From a virus (lineage: Duplodnaviria > Caudoviricetes): a stretch of DNA of 43,215 bases. Position 1 is the stretch's first letter. Each line of letters opens with the position of its first letter. The notes under the pieces are model-generated. The model was not told the origin of the DNA and made no database searches. It saw only the letters and a list, made by a program, of their open reading frames with translations. The position numbers and the translations under genes were made by a program. This document shows positions 34,239 to 42,727 of this stretch, piece after piece. Where the stretch lies: the IMG/VR virus record IMGVR_UViG_3300044475_000022, positions 1 through 43,215 of that record. One strand, written 5' to 3'.

Positions 34239-34480
34239 TTCTCGTCCTTATCTGCTACAGGCTTCATCGCCCGGATGCGCTGCGCGAACATAGAGCCTCT
34301 GTAGGCTTCGGATTGCTCGCACTCGGTGGCTGCACGCTCGAGAACCATGCTAATCAATGCATGAATGTCTGGCGTGATGCGCACGCCTTCTACCCACACA
34401 TGCATTTGCTGATTCCTGTCTGGATAGACCTCAAACTCTGCTTCTCGCGCCATCTGTAGCGCATCAATTGGCTGTGTCAT
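34235..34480 (-). CDS. hypothetical protein
   Basis: coupled at both ends. Confidence 0.65.
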   Translation of the reverse strand: MTQPIDALQMAREAEFEVYPDRNQQMHVWVEGVRITPDIHALISMVLERAATECEQSEAYRGSMFAQRIRAMKPVADKDEK

Positions 34481-34671
34481 TCCGCATCCTCCTGCTCCGG
34501 TCTTTCGCCAAAAATTTCGCGCAACTTTCGTTCGACTGCTGCCTCAGCTTTGTTTAGGTCAGAAAGCGCCTCGCTCATCTTCTCTTCGCTTGCTGAACCG
34601 TATGCAATGCCGTAGCAAGCCACGTCAATTACCATCCCCATCAATTCATTGATCTTTTCTTCTTGCGTCAT
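34477..34671 (-). CDS. hypothetical protein
   Basis: AAGGAG RBS, MTQEEKINE. Confidence 0.65.
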   Translation of the reverse strand: MTQEEKINELMGMVIDVACYGIAYGSASEEKMSEALSDLNKAEAAVERKLREIFGERPEQEDAE

Positions 34672-34982
34672 TGCTGCTCCTTGGAGAGGGCGCGGATGGC
34701 GATAGAGCATTCAAGTGCGGATTCCTTTGCGCCCACAAATCTCAAAAAGTCTTCATCAGCCCAATCATTTTTGGCTAATTGTCCATGCCGTCCAGCAATC
34801 GCGGCGCACTCAAATGCCGCGCGCTCCAGCGCGGCTTGCTCGACCAGCGCGGCGAATCGTTCAAACTTTTCCGACGAATCATCGCCACCGATCACATCAA
34901 TCCCGAATCGGATTTGACCTTTGCGCTCATGGGTTTCAATGCCAGCCTTGCGGGCCAACTCAATCACTTGTTCTCGCTTCAT
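34668..34982 (-). CDS. hypothetical protein
   Basis: MKREQVIELARKAG...ERFAALV common phage motif; GGAGG RBS. Confidence 0.7.
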   Translation of the reverse strand: MKREQVIELARKAGIETHERKGQIRFGIDVIGGDDSSEKFERFAALVEQAALERAAFECAAIAGRHGQLAKNDWADEDFLRFVGAKESALECSIAIRALSKEQQ

Positions 34983-34998
34983 TCCATCCTCCTGTGTT

Positions 34999-35214
34999 TC
35001 ACTCGGTCGCGCTGTACATTTTAGGCCAGCCGCGCGCCTCAATCTTCCCGCTGGAAGTCATGTTGCGAAGGACTGGGCCTAGCGCGGCTAGGTTGATGCC
35101 GATTCGCTCGGACAGTTGCTTGTACGTGTGAGGCCCTTCGTTCTTCAGCACGTACTCGACTGCGATGCATAGCGCCTCGTACTTCCACATCGGTCGCCGT
35201 TCCTTTGTAGTCAT
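34999..35214 (-). CDS. small winged-helix-like protein
   Basis: GPHTYKQLSERIGINLAALGPVLRNMTSSGKIEARG. Confidence 0.55.
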   Translation of the reverse strand: MTTKERRPMWKYEALCIAVEYVLKNEGPHTYKQLSERIGINLAALGPVLRNMTSSGKIEARGWPKMYSATE

Positions 35215-35930
35215 GGCGCTACCTTGATTCCATGAGCTGCCAGCAGCTCGCGCACTTGCTGCTCGGTGTAGACAGACTTGTAGTTTTCGACCATCCATGC
35301 CTTTTCTTTCTTCGTACAAGCATTCATTGTCCGTTTGAAATTTTCAGGCGAATTTACCAATCCGTCCTTCCCAATGTAAGCAACTGGCTCCGGCATCTGC
35401 ACTGGTGCTGCAAGTAATTGATCTTGTTTGGATATCGGGATTCCGATATCCGCCTCTGGTGGCTGGGGCGCGGCGGCGTGCGCATCCTCCGCAGTGGCGT
35501 AGCAGTCGCAAAGCATGCGCGCCTGTTTCGTGTCTGTGCCTTCGTACACCAGCCGCACAAAGACGCGGTGCAGGCGCTTGCTGCCCTTCAAGTCGCCCCA
35601 AACATAGTAGCCAGTCACGATGCAGGCATGTGCGTCGTCGTCGCGCCCGTGGCGGATGAACACACGGCTTCCAATCGGTGGCAGGCAATCGCCGTGCACG
35701 GGCTCAATCTGAGGCACTGGCGCTGCTGGAGCGCGGCGCGCTGCTCGCCATGCGGCCACAAATCCAATGAATTTGTGGTCAAAGTTCTGAGCGTCCCATG
35801 CACCAAACTCTGTAGGGCAATAACCGCGCTCCGTCCAAGTGCAACCCCGTGGCATCGGGCCGAAGATTGCTTCAAATTCCGCGCGCATAGCCTCAAACTC
35901 TGCGCGCTCTGCGTCTGTGTGATGTGTCAT
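35211..35930 (-). CDS. mosaic hypothetical protein
   Basis: ERAEFEA N-terminus, AAAPQPP and EPVAY modules. Confidence 0.7.
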   Translation of the reverse strand: MTHHTDAERAEFEAMRAEFEAIFGPMPRGCTWTERGYCPTEFGAWDAQNFDHKFIGFVAAWRAARRAPAAPVPQIEPVHGDCLPPIGSRVFIRHGRDDDAHACIVTGYYVWGDLKGSKRLHRVFVRLVYEGTDTKQARMLCDCYATAEDAHAAAPQPPEADIGIPISKQDQLLAAPVQMPEPVAYIGKDGLVNSPENFKRTMNACTKKEKAWMVENYKSVYTEQQVRELLAAHGIKVAP

Positions 35931-36400
35931 TGTCCAAACTCCCCCATGAAAGATTCCATGCATTCCCATCGCCTTTCAGGCGTCAGGGAAGGCCACAAGA
36001 TTGCCTGCGCGTGCTGACACCACAGAAAGGCGTCAACGTCGCTGTGCAGGGCTGAAAACTCAGCTTCGTCCATGCTGTCGAAGTCCATGCTTCGAGGGAT
36101 CGCGCATGGCTTGCCGTCAGTACCTGGCACGAAGTCCGCATACCCCGCGCCCATGATGACCCAGGCGCGCAGCTTGTCCAGCTCAGTGAACGTTTCCGTT
36201 CGTTCTAGCAGGCGCGACAGCTTGGCAAAAAACAGGCCGTGGTGCTTCATGCTGCGCGGCAGTCGGAAGTTGAAAGCCAGCGTCTCGCCGGGCTTCAAGT
36301 TTGCGACAGCTCCCTTGAACTTCGCATACGCCTTCTGCCCTTTCTCATCCAAGGCGCACAGCTTGCCGTCTTGGCCTTTGGTTAGGACTAGCTTGGTCAT
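35927..36400 (-). CDS. DUF1367/NinB-like protein
   Basis: PRSMKHHGLFFA...PRSMDFDSMDEAEFSAL. Confidence 0.7.
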   Translation of the reverse strand: MTKLVLTKGQDGKLCALDEKGQKAYAKFKGAVANLKPGETLAFNFRLPRSMKHHGLFFAKLSRLLERTETFTELDKLRAWVIMGAGYADFVPGTDGKPCAIPRSMDFDSMDEAEFSALHSDVDAFLWCQHAQAILWPSLTPERRWECMESFMGEFGQ

Positions 36401-36921
36401 GGCTTCGCCATCTGTGATGCCAGTGCATGCAGGCGTTGATCTGCTTTTGTCAGCACTTCCAGCAACGCGCGCTTCTCTGCCAGGTAGGTGACGGCAAACT
36501 TTGGATCGTGCATCACGATGCTGCTGGTGTTGCTGATCAGGTCGGCGCACTTGATGGTCTGCACCCATCCAGGAGCATCTGCCAAACGCGCGCGACTTGC
36601 GGCCTTGCGTTCAGCGCGGTTGCCAACTTCCATATCGGACAGCAACACCACGCCGCGCACAACATGATCAATCCCCGACAGGCTGCATCCCTGAAGGACT
36701 CCATGCAACTGGTGCATGGTCACGCCTTGATCTTCGATGCAGTCATGCAGCCATGCGGTGGCAACTAGCACTTCGGGGTCAATCTGATCCCAGTAAGTAA
36801 CGGCAGCCACGATGCCAGCAACTTCGGCCAAATGGTCTGTGTACGGGTTGCCGGTGTACTTGCGCTTCTGCTCCTTGTGAACTTTGCGCGCAAACTGCAT
36901 TGCTTTGAATGCGAGACTCAT
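36397..36921 (-). CDS. HD-domain hydrolase, RelA/SpoT hydrolase (Mesh1/SAH)-like
   Basis: FARKVHKEQKRKYTGNPYTDH, AWLHDCIED, IKCADLISN. Confidence 0.85.
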   Translation of the reverse strand: MSLAFKAMQFARKVHKEQKRKYTGNPYTDHLAEVAGIVAAVTYWDQIDPEVLVATAWLHDCIEDQGVTMHQLHGVLQGCSLSGIDHVVRGVVLLSDMEVGNRAERKAASRARLADAPGWVQTIKCADLISNTSSIVMHDPKFAVTYLAEKRALLEVLTKADQRLHALASQMAKP

Positions 36922-37403
36922 ACTTTCTCCTTCTCTTTCACATCCAGCTTCACCACTTTTTTGCCTGCGCTCAGGATGTAGTTTTTGCAGCCCTGTAGGA
37001 ATCGCTCAAACGTCGCGCGGTCTACGCACTGGCGTTGCAGGTCGTGGTACTCGTAAACGTCTTGCAGCGCGGTTAAGCCTTCATCAGTCATTGCCATGAC
37101 GCCAGTCTGTTCAAACTGTCTCGCGGCATCAACCAGATAGCTATGCAGCCGGTCTGTCGCCTCCAATGCCTCCGGCCCAACCCCGCGCCGCCCCATGTAC
37201 TCCGTCAGGTTCATGATGTCAACGGCATGGCGGTAGTCTGTCAGAGTGGCTCGCTGCTCACGGAAGGCCAACAGCATATTTGCATCCACGGCGCGCAACT
37301 TTTCCAACATCTCGCCATCGATCATGGTCACGCCCTTGGTGACGTAATCCATCAGATCAGCCATCAGTGGTCGAACCTTGCGCCGGCACTTCTTGCGAGT
37401 CAT
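36918..37403 (-). CDS. hypothetical protein
   Basis: MTRKKCRRKVRPL..., AAGGAG RBS. Confidence 0.7.
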   Translation of the reverse strand: MTRKKCRRKVRPLMADLMDYVTKGVTMIDGEMLEKLRAVDANMLLAFREQRATLTDYRHAVDIMNLTEYMGRRGVGPEALEATDRLHSYLVDAARQFEQTGVMAMTDEGLTALQDVYEYHDLQRQCVDRATFERFLQGCKNYILSAGKKVVKLDVKEKEKV

Positions 37404-37717
37404 GGCTCCTCCTTGCGCGCAGCGTTGATGGCTACATCTAGCTCAACGTCAGAGGGTGCAGAAGGATACAACGCACGCATCGTCTCATGACGTAACCGAT
37501 ACTGCTCCGAACCATTTCGCAGCACTTTGACCTTGGAACGCAACAACATTTCGCGCTCCAAACTCATGCCAATAATTCGGCACTGCTCTTTTATTTCGGA
37601 TTGCATTGCGTCGTTCTCTGCTAGTAGCTGTCGGAGCATGGCGGCAGCATCTGCACCTTTTACCCAGTTTTCACACCACTGCGCTTCTGCTTCAATTTGT
37701 TCTTTGGTGTATTTCAT
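37400..37717 (-). CDS. hypothetical coiled-coil protein
   Basis: AAAMLRQL, EQCRIIGMSLERE. Confidence 0.65.
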   Translation of the reverse strand: MKYTKEQIEAEAQWCENWVKGADAAAMLRQLLAENDAMQSEIKEQCRIIGMSLEREMLLRSKVKVLRNGSEQYRLRHETMRALYPSAPSDVELDVAINAARKEEP

Positions 37718-37718
37718 T

Positions 37719-37943
37719 TCATCCCCCAATGTCATCTTCTGGAAAGGCTGTTACTTCAGCGTAGTCGGCAGGCTTTGGTCCGTCGTTCATCGACTGAATG
37801 ATGTACTCGGCTGCCCACAGTCGGCGCGCCAGTAGATTGGTGTTGACAGCGCGATTCTTCTTCTGCGCATCCACCAACTCACCGATGCACGTCTCAATGT
37901 GAAGCATCGCGCTGATCTGAGCCTTTTTTGCTTCACTCAACAT
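37719..37943 (-). CDS. hypothetical protein
   Basis: GAGGTG RBS, coupled. Confidence 0.6.
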   Translation of the reverse strand: MLSEAKKAQISAMLHIETCIGELVDAQKKNRAVNTNLLARRLWAAEYIIQSMNDGPKPADYAEVTAFPEDDIGG

Positions 37944-38478
37944 GCTTCACCTCAACCTGCCACGGCGCGCGGCCTTCGCACATTGCAATCAGCATTTCAA
38001 GTTGCGCGTCCCAGGCTGCGGCCCTGGCTGCGTCCCTGGCTGCGGCCAAGGCTGCGTCCCAGGCTGCGGCCAAGGCTGCGGCCAAGGCTGCGTCCCAGGC
38101 TGCGGCCAAGGCTGCGTCAAACTCTTCATCACTTGCATTGCCATTAGCATGGCGCTCTGCAACATCCAATGCTGCAATGCTTCGCTCATCTGTCATCAAG
38201 TGCTGCACTTGGCGCGCGCACCAGACCGCGAACAGCCGCGCATCCCGGTCAACGCCTTGAATGCATCGCAGCGTCCACAGCGCATCATCCAATCCGTTGT
38301 TGCGCGCAATGTCAGCCAGAAGAATAGGCGCGTCGTGCTTGAATCGGATGTGCGTTTCTCGCTCGCTATCTGCATCCGTGAATGCCTTACCTTGCAGCAT
38401 GCGCACGACTTTGTTGTATCCGTTGACGCATGCGCCGTGCTTGCGGAGGTCTGCGAGGGTGACTTGAAATTTGCTCAT
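37933..38478 (-). CDS. hypothetical protein with Ala-rich tetrapeptide repeats
   Basis: NNGLDDALW..R, RLFAVWCARQV, then (AAxx)n repeats. Confidence 0.75.
   Translation of the reverse strand: MSKFQVTLADLRKHGACVNGYNKVVRMLQGKAFTDADSERETHIRFKHDAPILLADIARNNGLDDALWTLRCIQGVDRDARLFAVWCARQVQHLMTDERSIAALDVAERHANGNASDEEFDAALAAAWDAALAAALAAAWDAALAAARDAARAAAWDAQLEMLIAMCEGRAPWQVEVKHVE
38006..38118. repeat. 12-bp tandem repeat, about 9.4 units
   Basis: gcg(t/g)cc(c/a)(a/t)ggct repeated; encodes DAALAAAWDAALAAA... Confidence 0.9.
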
Positions 38479-38493
38479 GGTGTTTTTTTCGCG

Positions 38494-38883
38494 TTATTTG
38501 GACATTGCTTTAATTTCAGACCAAGCCTTTGCTAGTGCTTCAATCTGCGCGGTGCTCAGCTTGAGCCGGTGCAGCGGGCGGTCGATGAGGTCATCCGTCG
38601 CCTGCGCGGCTGCACGGTAGCGCGCCTGCTCCTCGACCTGGGCGGCATGTTCGGCCTGCATTTCCTCGCTTGCGATAGCGGCGCGTGTGTAGTCCCTACC
38701 GACCACCCTGAGGTCTTCTAGGCGGACGCGGATTTCTCCGCGCTGGCTTGCCGCGATGGCCTGCGTTGGCGTCACGCGGCTGACGGTCCAGAGCGAGTGC
38801 GTCACTTCCGGGTAGTAGCTCAATGGGTTGCGCTCGCTCAGGGCCAGAACTGTGCCTGGGCAGATGTCGGGGTTGTTGCTCAT
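38494..38883 (-). CDS. hypothetical protein
   Basis: AGGA RBS, MSNNPDICPG. Confidence 0.7.
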   Translation of the reverse strand: MSNNPDICPGTVLALSERNPLSYYPEVTHSLWTVSRVTPTQAIAASQRGEIRVRLEDLRVVGRDYTRAAIASEEMQAEHAAQVEEQARYRAAAQATDDLIDRPLHRLKLSTAQIEALAKAWSEIKAMSK

Positions 38884-38958
38884 GGTGTTTCCTGTAGTTG
38901 GTGCGCCAATCTTATTGACGCAACCTTTCAATAACCTGACAGCTTTGCTTTGGTCGGG

Positions 38959-39267
38959 TTATTTCTTCATCAGTTGGGTAAACATGCCGCAAGCAGGCTT
39001 GGGAAGGTAAAGACAGTCCGGATGCACGCACAAAGGCTTTGCGCAAATTGGCTTGATGTGATGACCTCGCTTCACTGCGCGCCCGGTCAGCTCTGCAACT
39101 GCGCGCGGGACAAACACATTGATGCGCTTACCATCTTCGCCGCGCGTTGCCCAGTATGGGCGTGCGTTGCCGATAGTGCCGCGCGACCAAATCCAGCAAC
39201 CGTCCTTGTCGATTTCGCAACGGGCCTTGATGGTGTCCAGTGTGATGATGGCCGTGGTGTAGGTCAT
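38959..39267 (-). CDS. HNH-like (degenerate) protein
   Basis: GCWIWS...HHIKPICAKPLCVHPDCL resembles the HNH_3/Zn-loop family. Confidence 0.55.
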   Translation of the reverse strand: MTYTTAIITLDTIKARCEIDKDGCWIWSRGTIGNARPYWATRGEDGKRINVFVPRAVAELTGRAVKRGHHIKPICAKPLCVHPDCLYLPKPACGMFTQLMKK

Positions 39268-39716
39268 GGCTGCCATCCTTCAATCGTGTCGCGTGCCATC
39301 TTCAACACCGTAGGGCTGATCTTCTCGCCGCCCTGGTGGCGCGCGATGATCTTTGGAGCCCATTCCTTTGGGTTGTAGCGGTGCTTTTGCATTGCCTCCT
39401 TGACCTTCACTTGCTTTGCGATTTCCTCCGCCATACGCAGTGGATCAACCTTTGGTGCTTCTAGACGTGGCATTTCCTTTTTCGGCGCAGAACGGCACAA
39501 ATCACGGAACGCCAAAACGCTTGGAACTTTCTCGGTTAGCTTGTCCAGCGCATAGGCAATATCGTCCACGTCAAAACCTGATAGGTAATCCCCCCAGGTT
39601 GTCTTTACGTCGTTCAAAGGGGCCGTACCCATCGCGCGGTCCCAAGACGCGCCATAGACCGCATTCAGTCGGTCAAAGAGGCGATCAATCACCTGCGCGT
39701 CAACCATCCTTTTCAT
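39264..39716 (-). CDS. replication accessory protein (helicase loader-like, putative)
   Basis: follows initiator; LFDRLNAVYG..W, PSVLAFRDLC. Confidence 0.6.
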   Translation of the reverse strand: MKRMVDAQVIDRLFDRLNAVYGASWDRAMGTAPLNDVKTTWGDYLSGFDVDDIAYALDKLTEKVPSVLAFRDLCRSAPKKEMPRLEAPKVDPLRMAEEIAKQVKVKEAMQKHRYNPKEWAPKIIARHQGGEKISPTVLKMARDTIEGWQP

Positions 39717-40627
39717 TGCATACCTCCAATCAGAACTTGGCTTGATACCTCAATGGCGTCGAGCTCAATCGTTTTCCCAGCGGATTGGCGAACCTTCTCC
39801 ATCTCAGGATGCTTGCGCCCAGTCATTTCCTCCCATCTCAGCCATCCGGCTTCGCGCTCTTGCTGGGCAAAAGACTTTGCCGCCGGCTGGTTTCGCGCCG
39901 TGGCTTTAGGCTTGGAAAGCTGCTTCGCAAGATCGCGCGCCTCTTCCTCCTCCTTCTGCAAGATGCCAATCGCGTAGCTGAACGTCTTTTGCTTGTCTAA
40001 TGCCTTCTGGCACGCAGCCAAAACCTGCTCAACAGTCACCCCCGCATGCAGCAGCGCGTTGAGCTTCGGGTGTCCTGGGTTTACCAATCCAATGCCTGTC
40101 TGCTTTATAGCCTTGCACACCACGCCTGACAGCGGATGGCTGCTTGTTGCAGTTTGAACAGGAAGCTCATGCGGCTCTGGCAAGTCATCGCGCGCGACAC
40201 CAGAAGCGAATGCTTCTGTGTGTGTGGTTCTTGGTTCTTGGTTAGTGGTTAGTGGTTCTTGGTTAGGTGGCGGTTCGTTTACGACTGGTGCACGTTTCGT
40301 GCTTTTTTCTCTACGTTTCGCCTCACGCTCTTGCGCTATTCGTTTGTTGTTTTGTGACTTCTCGTGGTACTCCGCCAGTTCTTCTTGAATCCTGTTCTGA
40401 ACAAATCGACCATCAACTAGGTGGAAGAACTTGGACAAAACAAAGTCCACGGCCTCTATTTCAGCGGTAGAACTAGCCCAAAGCCAGTCGATCGCCTCTT
40501 CTCTGGTGGGGAACTGTTCACGGTCGTAGCACGCATCTAGCAAGAGCGTGTACGCTCCGTGCTGTAGCATGGTCAGGCGACCTGCCTTCTTGGCATAGTC
40601 GCCAATGTTTCGCTTGTAGTAATGCAT
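39713..40627 (-). CDS. replication initiator, YdaU/DUF1376 family
   Basis: MHYYKRNIGDYAKKAGRLTMLQHGAYTLLLDACY; NQEPLTTNQEP linker. Confidence 0.85.
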   Translation of the reverse strand: MHYYKRNIGDYAKKAGRLTMLQHGAYTLLLDACYDREQFPTREEAIDWLWASSTAEIEAVDFVLSKFFHLVDGRFVQNRIQEELAEYHEKSQNNKRIAQEREAKRREKSTKRAPVVNEPPPNQEPLTTNQEPRTTHTEAFASGVARDDLPEPHELPVQTATSSHPLSGVVCKAIKQTGIGLVNPGHPKLNALLHAGVTVEQVLAACQKALDKQKTFSYAIGILQKEEEEARDLAKQLSKPKATARNQPAAKSFAQQEREAGWLRWEEMTGRKHPEMEKVRQSAGKTIELDAIEVSSQVLIGGMQ

Positions 40628-41322
40628 TAGATCGCGCCTTCACTAACCAGGCGCTCGATCACCCAGGCTTCACCAGCAGTGGTGAACAGTGGCTGGGAAT
40701 ATCCAAGCTCGGTTTGCTTGAGTTCCCCATAGCCCTTGTCAATAAACCATTGCTTGAACACCCTGGCGCGCTTGACGTTCTTGCTGTACACGTCAAAAGC
40801 ATCGAGCATCTTGTTCATGGCAAGTGCAGACATGCCAATCTTCTGCGCCACCTGAGTGGCTGTCATAAGCGTGGCGCGCTCCACAACCTTGTCGAAGAAC
40901 TGGACCTTCGGCGCGGCCAACTGTAGAGCGTGCTGCGCCTTCTGCTTTTCTTCAAACTCAATAGCCCAGGCTCGCGCAGCTTCTGCGGGATTTGTGAAAT
41001 CTGGCAACAATGCAATTGGCGATTGATTAGATTCAAGCTCTTGCCAACGCTTGACAACTCGCATGCGCGCTGCGGCGTCATAGCCAAGCAGCAACGTCAA
41101 GCTAGTTTCCTTGTCCAGCTCATACTGTGGATACTGCTGGTCATTGACTGCAATGTAAGTGCTTGATTTGCAAACAAAACGCAAGTCTGCGTTCTGCAGT
41201 TCTATGCACATTGCGCGAATGTCACGCATAACATCTGCATGACGCTTCCCAGTCAGCTCGGCAATCTCGCGGCTAGACATGGTGACGGCATTGCCCGCCG
41301 TCAGGGTTAGGCTGTTTTGCAT
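40627..41322 (-). CDS. Rha-family regulator with KilA-C/antirepressor C-terminal domain
   Basis: MSSREIAELTGKRHADVMRDIR; LPDFTNPAEAARAWA; AAPKVQFFD; GGAG RBS. Confidence 0.85.
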   Translation of the reverse strand: MQNSLTLTAGNAVTMSSREIAELTGKRHADVMRDIRAMCIELQNADLRFVCKSSTYIAVNDQQYPQYELDKETSLTLLLGYDAAARMRVVKRWQELESNQSPIALLPDFTNPAEAARAWAIEFEEKQKAQHALQLAAPKVQFFDKVVERATLMTATQVAQKIGMSALAMNKMLDAFDVYSKNVKRARVFKQWFIDKGYGELKQTELGYSQPLFTTAGEAWVIERLVSEGAI

Positions 41323-41333
41323 AAGTGCTCCAC

Positions 41334-41460
41334 GCCTTGATAACTGCCCCACGGTTTCCCGTTGGCCTACCCCGCTACAGATCGAGGCGGGGCAGTTATC
41401 AAGACATTCTATAGACGGAATCCCACCGGCCAAGATGGGTGCGCACCGGCCAGATGCGCA
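41334..41460 (-). promoter_or_regulatory. structured cis-regulatory RNA leader of the rha-replication operon
   Basis: 15-bp perfect inverted repeat 41336-41350/41389-41403, GAAA tetraloop, two upstream hairpins with (U)UGGCC loops complementary to internal GGCCAA. Confidence 0.55.
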
Positions 41461-41468
41461 GCTACATT

Positions 41469-41699
41469 TTACCTGATTGCGCCATCCTGTAGCGCATCAA
41501 ACATGTCGATGGTGAATGTGTCGCGCTCGAATTCTGGTTGGTCAGCGCGCCGGGGTTTGCTCTTGCGGGCTGCTTTGCTTTTGGGTGGTTTGGCTGATGG
41601 AATGCCAACCTTCGCGCCGCAGCTAGGCCCTATTGGCTTGCCCTGGTAGGTCAGCCGCACCTCAGACAAGGCGCGGCCACACTTGCAGCAGCGCGCCAT
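41469..41699 (-). CDS. zinc-binding hypothetical protein (DUF6011-like)
   Basis: CCKCGRAL...IGPSC. Confidence 0.6.
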   Translation of the reverse strand: MARCCKCGRALSEVRLTYQGKPIGPSCGAKVGIPSAKPPKSKAARKSKPRRADQPEFERDTFTIDMFDALQDGAIR

Positions 41700-41700
41700 G

Positions 41701-42126
41701 TCAGTCGGCCTCTGGGGTGCGGAAGCGGATTTTCAGAATGTAGGCGCCTGGGATAGATTGCTTTCTTTCCTGTGCATTCTCTTTGCACCCATAGGTTCCT
41801 ACAGGTGTTGGCAATGAGTAGTTTGGGTCCATCACCACATACCGCGTCACCCTGCGGTTGCCGCGCGCCTTGGGCTTAGGCTCTGGAGCTGGCTTCGCGT
41901 TCGGGTCGGAGGATAGGCCGCGCCAGCGAAGAACAGTGCAGTTTGTGTACCCTTCATCACGAGATTCGGCATGAAGTGGCGATTGTGAAATGAATCCCCA
42001 ATCACTTCCATCCCAATAGCTGAAGTCTTTATCAGGACCACCGCCTAAATCAACCTCGTAGGCCCCAGGCTCCCAAGGCTTCTGCTCAGACAGGTTGAAC
42101 CAGTCAGTTAGGTTTTGTGTGGTCAT
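41701..42126 (-). CDS. hypothetical protein
   Basis: TDWF...KPWEPGAYEV...SYWDG..W...WRGL common phage motif. Confidence 0.7.
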   Translation of the reverse strand: MTTQNLTDWFNLSEQKPWEPGAYEVDLGGGPDKDFSYWDGSDWGFISQSPLHAESRDEGYTNCTVLRWRGLSSDPNAKPAPEPKPKARGNRRVTRYVVMDPNYSLPTPVGTYGCKENAQERKQSIPGAYILKIRFRTPEAD

Positions 42127-42128
42127 GG

Positions 42129-42398
42129 TTAGTCCGCCTTTTGTGTTTGTTGAAGTCGATTCGCAACCTGTTGTGCATAGCCTGCAATGTCTAACCAAGA
42201 ATCTGCGTAGTTTGGATCACCGTTCAAGATGCGCGCGATCTTGTGCTGGATCATTTCCAAGGCTTCGCGCTGGTCGGCGTTAAGTTGCTTGAATTTCTTG
42301 GCCTGCCACATCTCGAATTTAAGGTTTTGCGCAATCAGCGCGTGCTCCTTGAAGCTGCCGTAGCGAGATTCGCGTTCTTGGAGAATCTGTGAAATCAT
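42129..42398 (-). CDS. DUF6378-like protein
   Basis: ILQERESRYGSF...KIARILNGDPNYADSWLDIAGYA. Confidence 0.75.
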   Translation of the reverse strand: MISQILQERESRYGSFKEHALIAQNLKFEMWQAKKFKQLNADQREALEMIQHKIARILNGDPNYADSWLDIAGYAQQVANRLQQTQKAD

Positions 42399-42400
42399 GG

Positions 42401-42718
42401 TTAGTCCTTGGTGGCGGCCATTGCGGCGTCTATAGCTTCGTCTAGCGATGCACCAACCATCAACATTTGGCTATATGGTCCGCAAACCTTGCTCCAATCT
42501 CCGGCAGTGCATTTATCTAGCAACCACTGATACCGCGCCGCGTCCTTCTGCGCCGCTTCGAGCATATCAAGCAGCTGCAAAACTACATCTGGCGATGCAT
42601 TTGCAACAAAATGCTTATCAAACTCATATGCAAATGAAACAAGGTCACCAACCCCGTACCACGCTTCTTGGTTAATTGCAGATACGCAGAGTCCACGCAA
42701 TTCTTTCAAATCAATCAT
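42401..42718 (-). CDS. Ead/Ea22-like protein
   Basis: FVANASPDVVLQLLD, KDAARYQWL, LDEAIDAAM. Confidence 0.7.
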   Translation of the reverse strand: MIDLKELRGLCVSAINQEAWYGVGDLVSFAYEFDKHFVANASPDVVLQLLDMLEAAQKDAARYQWLLDKCTAGDWSKVCGPYSQMLMVGASLDEAIDAAMAATKD

Positions 42719-42727
42719 GCTTACTCC

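Noticed and set aside
36397-36921. DatZ-like dATPase of a Z-genome system
   Set aside because: Motifs fit RelA/SpoT-type hydrolases (HDxxED); no PurZ or phage DNA polymerase was recognised
37899-38535. + strand repeat ORFs (RPRLRPWL..., CGQGCVPG..., AAAKAAS...)
   Set aside because: Alternative-frame readings of the 12-bp tandem repeat; the - strand gene fits the operon
41323-41433. N-terminal extension of the Rha ORF to 41433
   Set aside because: TTG start without RBS inside the structured leader; ATG at 41322 has GGAG
42124-42407. 12-bp repeat catggttagtcc at 42124-42135 and 42396-42407
   Set aside because: Only a reused RBS-stop-start junction (GGACTAACCATG); too short to call a separate element
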